Source: an uncultured Methanosarcinales archaeon
GTDB taxonomy: Archaea; Nanobdellota; Nanobdellia; Woesearchaeales; CAYVYK01
Length of the DNA stretch: 48,248 nucleotides
Assembly: GCA_964455675.1 (NCBI GenBank)
Contig: CAYVYK010000013.1
Location: forward strand, 1 to 48,248
Direction: 5' to 3'
Shown here: one piece after another, positions 43,485 through 48,248 of the stretch
Layout: each line of letters begins with the position of its first letter
How positions within the stretch are numbered: the stretch's first letter is position 1
Program-made: the position numbers and the translations under genes
Notes under the pieces: generated by a model
The model's input: the letters and a program-made list of their open reading frames with translations, nothing else
The model's database searches: none
Told to the model about the DNA's origin: nothing

Positions 43485-44507
43485 ATGAAACATAGAAAGA
43501 CGCTCACTGCGATCGTTGCAGCCTGTCTTCTTGCCTCACCTGCGTGCTCTAAGTTCGATTCGCCCATGCGAACCCATATCAATTCTACAGAGTATCACCG
43601 CACGATTGTTGGTCTTGCTAAAGAATCTGAGACTGCATTGCATGGTAAGGATTATGGGATCGTGGGCAGGATGTTATTTGTCAGGATGCCAAAGCTCGCG
43701 GACGCCCTTGCAAAATATGGTCTTGACCTTTCGCACTTGTATAAGATGGATCTTGCGATTGGCGATAGTATTGTTATTTCCTATGCGGATCCTGCGACAA
43801 CGCAGCCAGTATCTCTTCAGCAATCGATTGCATGGGATGGAACGATTGATCTTCCCTGGCACCAGCGGATCACCGCTCATGGAAGAACAATCTCGGATGT
43901 TGATGCTGATATTGAGCGCATTGCAGGAATTCCCGTCATGGTGACCCAGCCGCCAAACGTCCTTCCGTACGGAGTCTTGCAGCCCTCACTCACGTTCCGT
44001 GAGGGTGGCCTCTATATCGCGGAGCATGGAGGCCAGCGCGTGACGGGAACGTTCTCTGCGCCTGTATACCTTACGCAGCTTATGAGTATGACAGGCATCG
44101 GCCAGAATGCGAAGACTGTTTCGGTCATAATTAATGATGGATTCAGTGGAGAGTTTGACAGTATCATCGTCGTGGGCAGTGCTCAGTACGCCGTGCTTGG
44201 TCTTGGGGGGAATGATATGCAGCTAGGTAAACGCATGATTGTCGCGACTGCTGAAAGCGATCCATGGAAGGACCTCAAGAGTTTTGTCGCTGAGACAAAA
44301 GAACTGGTCACAGGCGCAAGGGACAATACGGGCGGCGCTGCAGGGATCAAGCAAGACATTCGCGTGTTTCAGCATAGCGATGATTACATGCTGAATAAGG
44401 AACCCTACAATCTCAATCCGTTGCAGAAGGCTGGAGCGCGTCTTGGGGAGCTGAATACGATTCTGAACCAGACTCAAGATCTTACGACACCAAATACCAC
44501 ACCATAA
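43485..44507 (+). CDS. Predicted lipoprotein with a polysaccharide-export (Wza/Poly_export-like) domain
   Basis: MKHRK plus hydrophobic stretch ending LASPA-C. LAIGDSIVISY...IAWDGTIDLPWHQRITAHGRTISDVDADI matches the Poly_export pattern GD.L.I...DG.I.LP..G.V.A.G.T..E. Confidence 0.6.
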   Translation: MKHRKTLTAIVAACLLASPACSKFDSPMRTHINSTEYHRTIVGLAKESETALHGKDYGIVGRMLFVRMPKLADALAKYGLDLSHLYKMDLAIGDSIVISYADPATTQPVSLQQSIAWDGTIDLPWHQRITAHGRTISDVDADIERIAGIPVMVTQPPNVLPYGVLQPSLTFREGGLYIAEHGGQRVTGTFSAPVYLTQLMSMTGIGQNAKTVSVIINDGFSGEFDSIIVVGSAQYAVLGLGGNDMQLGKRMIVATAESDPWKDLKSFVAETKELVTGARDNTGGAAGIKQDIRVFQHSDDYMLNKEPYNLNPLQKAGARLGELNTILNQTQDLTTPNTTP

Positions 44508-44516
44508 CAGTCAGGG

Positions 44517-47500
44517 TTATTCAGCTGGTTCCCTTCGCACGTCGCGCAGGTACTTCTCGATTTCCTCTTCGCCTTGTCGGAATTTGAGGTCCTTGCATGC
44601 CCATGCGATGTCATCGTCCGTCCACCCTTTCGCCGAGCAGAGGTCGTACACCTGCTGGAACAGCATGGTTTTGTACGCATCATCGATGAACGTCCTGAGG
44701 TTCTCTAGTTCGGCTTTCTTGTGCATGAGGTGCTTGATGTGCGTGATCTCTTCGTGGAATTTGGGATCGATCTCCGCTTCATGCACCGCTTGCTCAATCG
44801 CATCGATCGTCCATCCCCGCTCGACAAGATGGTCTACGGCAACGTAGAGCTCATGTCCTGCGTCGAGGCTTTCGAGCACAAACCTTTTCAGGTTGTCGAG
44901 CTCCTCGCCGTGGATGTCGTCGTCATGCGTTTCGAAGAAGTGGATGTGCGGCAGGTGGTGGTGCTCGAACCATCCTGAGACAACGTCGCTGTGCACGGCC
45001 TCAAACCATACTTCCCGCCGCAGGTAGAGTTCTATGAGTAGCGCAAGGCTTCCGCCGATGTAGAGCGCGATATTGAAGACAAGGAAGATGATGAGGTATA
45101 CCGTGATGATGAGACTCTTCGCGAGGGTCGTGCTGATGATGGACTGGTACGTTCCGGCGACGCTCGTAAAGAAGAGCAGGAGGTAGTAGTATAAGGCGAC
45201 GATCGCCATGCTGTACACGAGTTTCTTCATCGCTTCATGGTACCGTCGCGAGAGCAGATACACGAATATTCCTATCACGATGGCAACAGATATCAGGATG
45301 GGGAGGTTCAATAGCGCTATTGGGTGTGTCACGATGTCAACGCCGTAGAGGAATTCGCGGTTGAGCGGTGCGATGGAGAATATTCCTCGCGCGACGAAGA
45401 TAATGACGCAGGCTACGAGAAGGCCGATGAACGAGTCCCGGAGCTGGATACGGGGTATTGCCGAGAGTGGTTTGTCCTGGTGCTTATACATGTGGGCCCA
45501 GAGGACGACGGGCAGCATCATGAGGGCAAGGAGCGCGACAAGGTTCATGATGTAGCCGATCAATATCGTGACTTGCGGTCCGATGGCCAGGCCATGCGCT
45601 TGTGTCGCGTAGAGCGTTTCGCTCCACGGCACGTCCCATGGCACGACGGTAAAGACGCTGCGTGGCGCTTCAACGACTTCGTCGAGGTAAATGTCTTCCC
45701 GCAGAGCGACCGCAAGGCCAAGGCCGCTTGATCCGATCTCGACGAGTAAATGGAGGATGAGCATGCCGCTGATGACGAGCAGTATTTTTTTGCGGTACGT
45801 CATCATTTCCATGAAGCTTGTGTAGAAGTGGTCGAGCCAGTCAAGGGGTTTTGCGATGACATCGATGGGTTTTACGTGGATATGCTTGTAAAGGATGTAG
45901 ACCGCAAATCCAAGGACCGCGAAACTTCCGAGTTTGTTGTCGAGCACCATCCCGATCCATTCGGCGACGAGGCTGAAGATGAGGATGAAGAAACCGACGA
46001 GCAGGAGGTGCACGGCTGTTATCCTGACGGGGATGTGCCATAGTTGTGTCATGCGCCCGCTCATACCAAAGACTCCCGCAACGCTTGGCTGCTTGATCTC
46101 CTTGAATGCGAGGAATGCTGTTGCGATCCAAAGGCCAAGGAGTCCGATGACAAAGAGATTTTTATCGATCCATTCTCCGTTCAGGATGAGGAAGTGGTAG
46201 AGGTCAAAGAATATCTGGAATACCTCACTCTCAAGCGCCATCGTTCGTGCGATGATGACGATGTTCTTGAACACCATGAGGAAGTAGGACACGACGATGA
46301 GGAGATCAAGCCACGGCTTGCGCTCTCCAAAGAGCAGCTTCGTCAAGCTTAGGTGGTAGAAGATATACCCGAGCGCCACCCATCCCATGACTTTCGCGAC
46401 GTAGAACATGTCTCCAGGGAGGAGGTTGATTGTCTCAAGGATGTTGAATCCAAAGACAAAGATGATGAGGAGGACTTTCTCCGCATTTGAGATGCGTTCG
46501 CTCTTCCTGCCAAGCCGTGCAGCGCCAAGGGAGATGAGCACGATGAGAGGTAGCACAGCGAGCCCAATGATGGCCTTCCAAAGGTCGTATCCTCCTTTGA
46601 CGACGATGATGTCTCGCGCGAGCGCAAGCGCTTTCGCTTGGTTAAGGCAGTCCTCATCTGCGACTGCCTTGATGCGGTAGCGCAGTTCCTCTCCCTTGAT
46701 GAGTTCGTCAAAGTGCCATGCGATGATGGGGTCTGCCGAGATGATCTCAAAAGGTCTATCGCTCTCGATGAGTTTTTCGTTGATGATCTCGATGAGGCAT
46801 TTGGGGATTTCTTCATAGATGATAACATCCTTGAGCACAGTCTGGTTGGAAAGATCAAGAGTGATGGTGTATTCTGTTTCATTCGTTGCATAGTCGATCG
46901 TGTAGTTGTGCGAAAGCTGGAGGACTTTGCTCGTATTCTCGAGCTGCTCCCTGATGGTTTCCATCTGTTCTGTTGATGGCTCGGTGTAGTTGATCGATAT
47001 GGTGATATTTTCCGTTTGCTCGACGGTAAGTTCTTTGTTGAATGCGTATTGCACACTTCGTTCTTTGAGCGGCCCGATGCCTGACAGGTTGAATGCGATG
47101 ACAGGATCAGCGAGTATCACAGTATAAGGCGTGATCTCAATGATTTCCCCATCGTTTGCCGCGATGCTTTTCGGAATCGTCGCGGTGATGATAACATTCT
47201 CAAGCTGCACAAGCCCCAGGTTTCGAAGGCGCTCCGTGATTTGCGTCCTGCCGCCGTACACTTGAACGTTTCTGATATGCCGCAGGTTCGATGTCAGGAT
47301 GCGCTCGCCAAGATCCTGGCTGATGTTGAGTGGCTGTTCTTCTTCTGGCGCCCCCCCTCCTTGTTCTGATGGTGGTTCTGCTTGCGGTTCATCCGTGCTT
47401 GGATCAGGTACTCCGCCACCGCCTCCTCCGCTTCCTCCGCTCCCGCCTACAGTGTCAATCACTGTTCCAGTTGCGCATCCCGAGAGGGGTTCGCAGATGG

Positions 47501-48248
47501 ACTGATTGGTGTAATAGAAGCATTGGTAGTGTGTTGTTCCTCCGTTCGTGCAGCTGCTCGCCCCGAACTTGACGTATCCTTCCGTGTCATCATCGCAGCT
47601 GCACGTGATTCCCGACTCATCGATGATCCCATCACAGTTGTTGTCAAGTGTGTCATAGATTTCCTCAGCGTCCGGACTGACGTTGATATTCGTATCATTG
47701 CAATCAAATCTCGGGTATCCTGTGCAGTTGTACGCGAAGTTCAGGAGGTCTTCTGGCGGATAACTGTCGCCGTCATAGTCATAGGTCTCATTGATGTCGA
47801 TCGTTCCGTTCATGTTCGTATCGTTACCCTCGTCGATAATAACGCAGAGTCCGTCCCCGCAGTCGCTGTCGAACATGCACAGGAGTCCGGCGTTCGTTCC
47901 GTTCCTGCAGTTCCCCGTGCAGTCATCGTCGTACGAATTGCACGTTTCCGGGAAGCTGATATTTCGTGCAGTGGTGTACGAGCTCTTTGCGAGGCCCGCA
48001 TCGATTGTCTGCACGCTCCACCACAAACACTGCTGCGGCGCGTACAGGTCATACCATCTCCTGCTCATCATGTTCCCAAGGTACCCGTTTGTCGGGTTGC
48101 TCGTCATTCCCCAAAGTCCGGAGATGATGTTGCCGCGCGTTGCGTTGCTTCCCGCGCGCAGATTGTAGTAAAGTCCATTCCGCGGCGTCTCATTATCCCA
48201 TCCCGGAGTCCACTCGAGGTGGAAGTGTGTGTTCACCCAGTCCGTCAC
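44517..48248 (-). CDS. Large multi-pass membrane/surface protein, 5'-truncated by the window edge
   Basis: FN3-like LEW...DNET...YYNL...WWSVQTIDAG, MopE-type DCND...SPDAEE..D.LDNNCDG.IDE motif, Gly linker, two IPK...ADP.IA repeats, many N-x-S/T sequons, about 13-14 TM helices and a His-rich cytoplasmic tail. Confidence 0.85.
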   Translation of the reverse strand: MTDWVNTHFHLEWTPGWDNETPRNGLYYNLRAGSNATRGNIISGLWGMTSNPTNGYLGNMMSRRWYDLYAPQQCLWWSVQTIDAGLAKSSYTTARNISFPETCNSYDDDCTGNCRNGTNAGLLCMFDSDCGDGLCVIIDEGNDTNMNGTIDINETYDYDGDSYPPEDLLNFAYNCTGYPRFDCNDTNINVSPDAEEIYDTLDNNCDGIIDESGITCSCDDDTEGYVKFGASSCTNGGTTHYQCFYYTNQSICEPLSGCATGTVIDTVGGSGGSGGGGGGVPDPSTDEPQAEPPSEQGGGAPEEEQPLNISQDLGERILTSNLRHIRNVQVYGGRTQITERLRNLGLVQLENVIITATIPKSIAANDGEIIEITPYTVILADPVIAFNLSGIGPLKERSVQYAFNKELTVEQTENITISINYTEPSTEQMETIREQLENTSKVLQLSHNYTIDYATNETEYTITLDLSNQTVLKDVIIYEEIPKCLIEIINEKLIESDRPFEIISADPIIAWHFDELIKGEELRYRIKAVADEDCLNQAKALALARDIIVVKGGYDLWKAIIGLAVLPLIVLISLGAARLGRKSERISNAEKVLLIIFVFGFNILETINLLPGDMFYVAKVMGWVALGYIFYHLSLTKLLFGERKPWLDLLIVVSYFLMVFKNIVIIARTMALESEVFQIFFDLYHFLILNGEWIDKNLFVIGLLGLWIATAFLAFKEIKQPSVAGVFGMSGRMTQLWHIPVRITAVHLLLVGFFILIFSLVAEWIGMVLDNKLGSFAVLGFAVYILYKHIHVKPIDVIAKPLDWLDHFYTSFMEMMTYRKKILLVISGMLILHLLVEIGSSGLGLAVALREDIYLDEVVEAPRSVFTVVPWDVPWSETLYATQAHGLAIGPQVTILIGYIMNLVALLALMMLPVVLWAHMYKHQDKPLSAIPRIQLRDSFIGLLVACVIIFVARGIFSIAPLNREFLYGVDIVTHPIALLNLPILISVAIVIGIFVYLLSRRYHEAMKKLVYSMAIVALYYYLLLFFTSVAGTYQSIISTTLAKSLIITVYLIIFLVFNIALYIGGSLALLIELYLRREVWFEAVHSDVVSGWFEHHHLPHIHFFETHDDDIHGEELDNLKRFVLESLDAGHELYVAVDHLVERGWTIDAIEQAVHEAEIDPKFHEEITHIKHLMHKKAELENLRTFIDDAYKTMLFQQVYDLCSAKGWTDDDIAWACKDLKFRQGEEEIEKYLRDVRREPAE

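Overview
The window looks archaeal, most likely a DPANN (Woesearchaeota-like) genome. The evidence is BRE/TATA promoters about 25-35 nt upstream of start codons, a class III (archaeal pilin-type) signal peptide protein, a Bat-type HTH regulator, a GAGGTGA ribosome-binding site and a tRNA-His without encoded CCA. About 71% of the window is one uninterrupted 34.2-kb gene (1921-36135, minus strand, 11,404 aa). It is the last gene of an ATGA-coupled operon: winged-HTH regulator, pilin-like/Ig protein, giant protein. Read by motif from the N-terminus, the giant protein has a signal peptide, a beta-rich region, TPR-like helices, an Ala/Gly-rich hydrophobic segment, coiled coil, a SecA-like SF2 ATPase, and then an enzyme cassette. 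The cassette holds a SAM methyltransferase, a metallophosphoesterase, a zincin-like motif, a possible ADP-ribosyltransferase fold, HEAT-like repeats, an M48 peptidase, an ABC1/UbiB kinase, a SpoIIE/PP2C phosphatase, three tandem minimal kinases and a second methyltransferase. The protein ends in a TM helix, a poly-Gly linker and a beta-defensin-like six-cysteine knot. Flanking genes are a CBS protein, NAD kinase, nnrE, tRNA-His, DUF1428, purM, an atypical SDR, an HTH regulator with a palindromic operator, a YprB-like nuclease, an RbgA/YlqF GTPase, a Wza-like lipoprotein and a partial large multi-TM surface protein. All domain calls are by-eye motif recognition, and internal domain boundaries are approximate.
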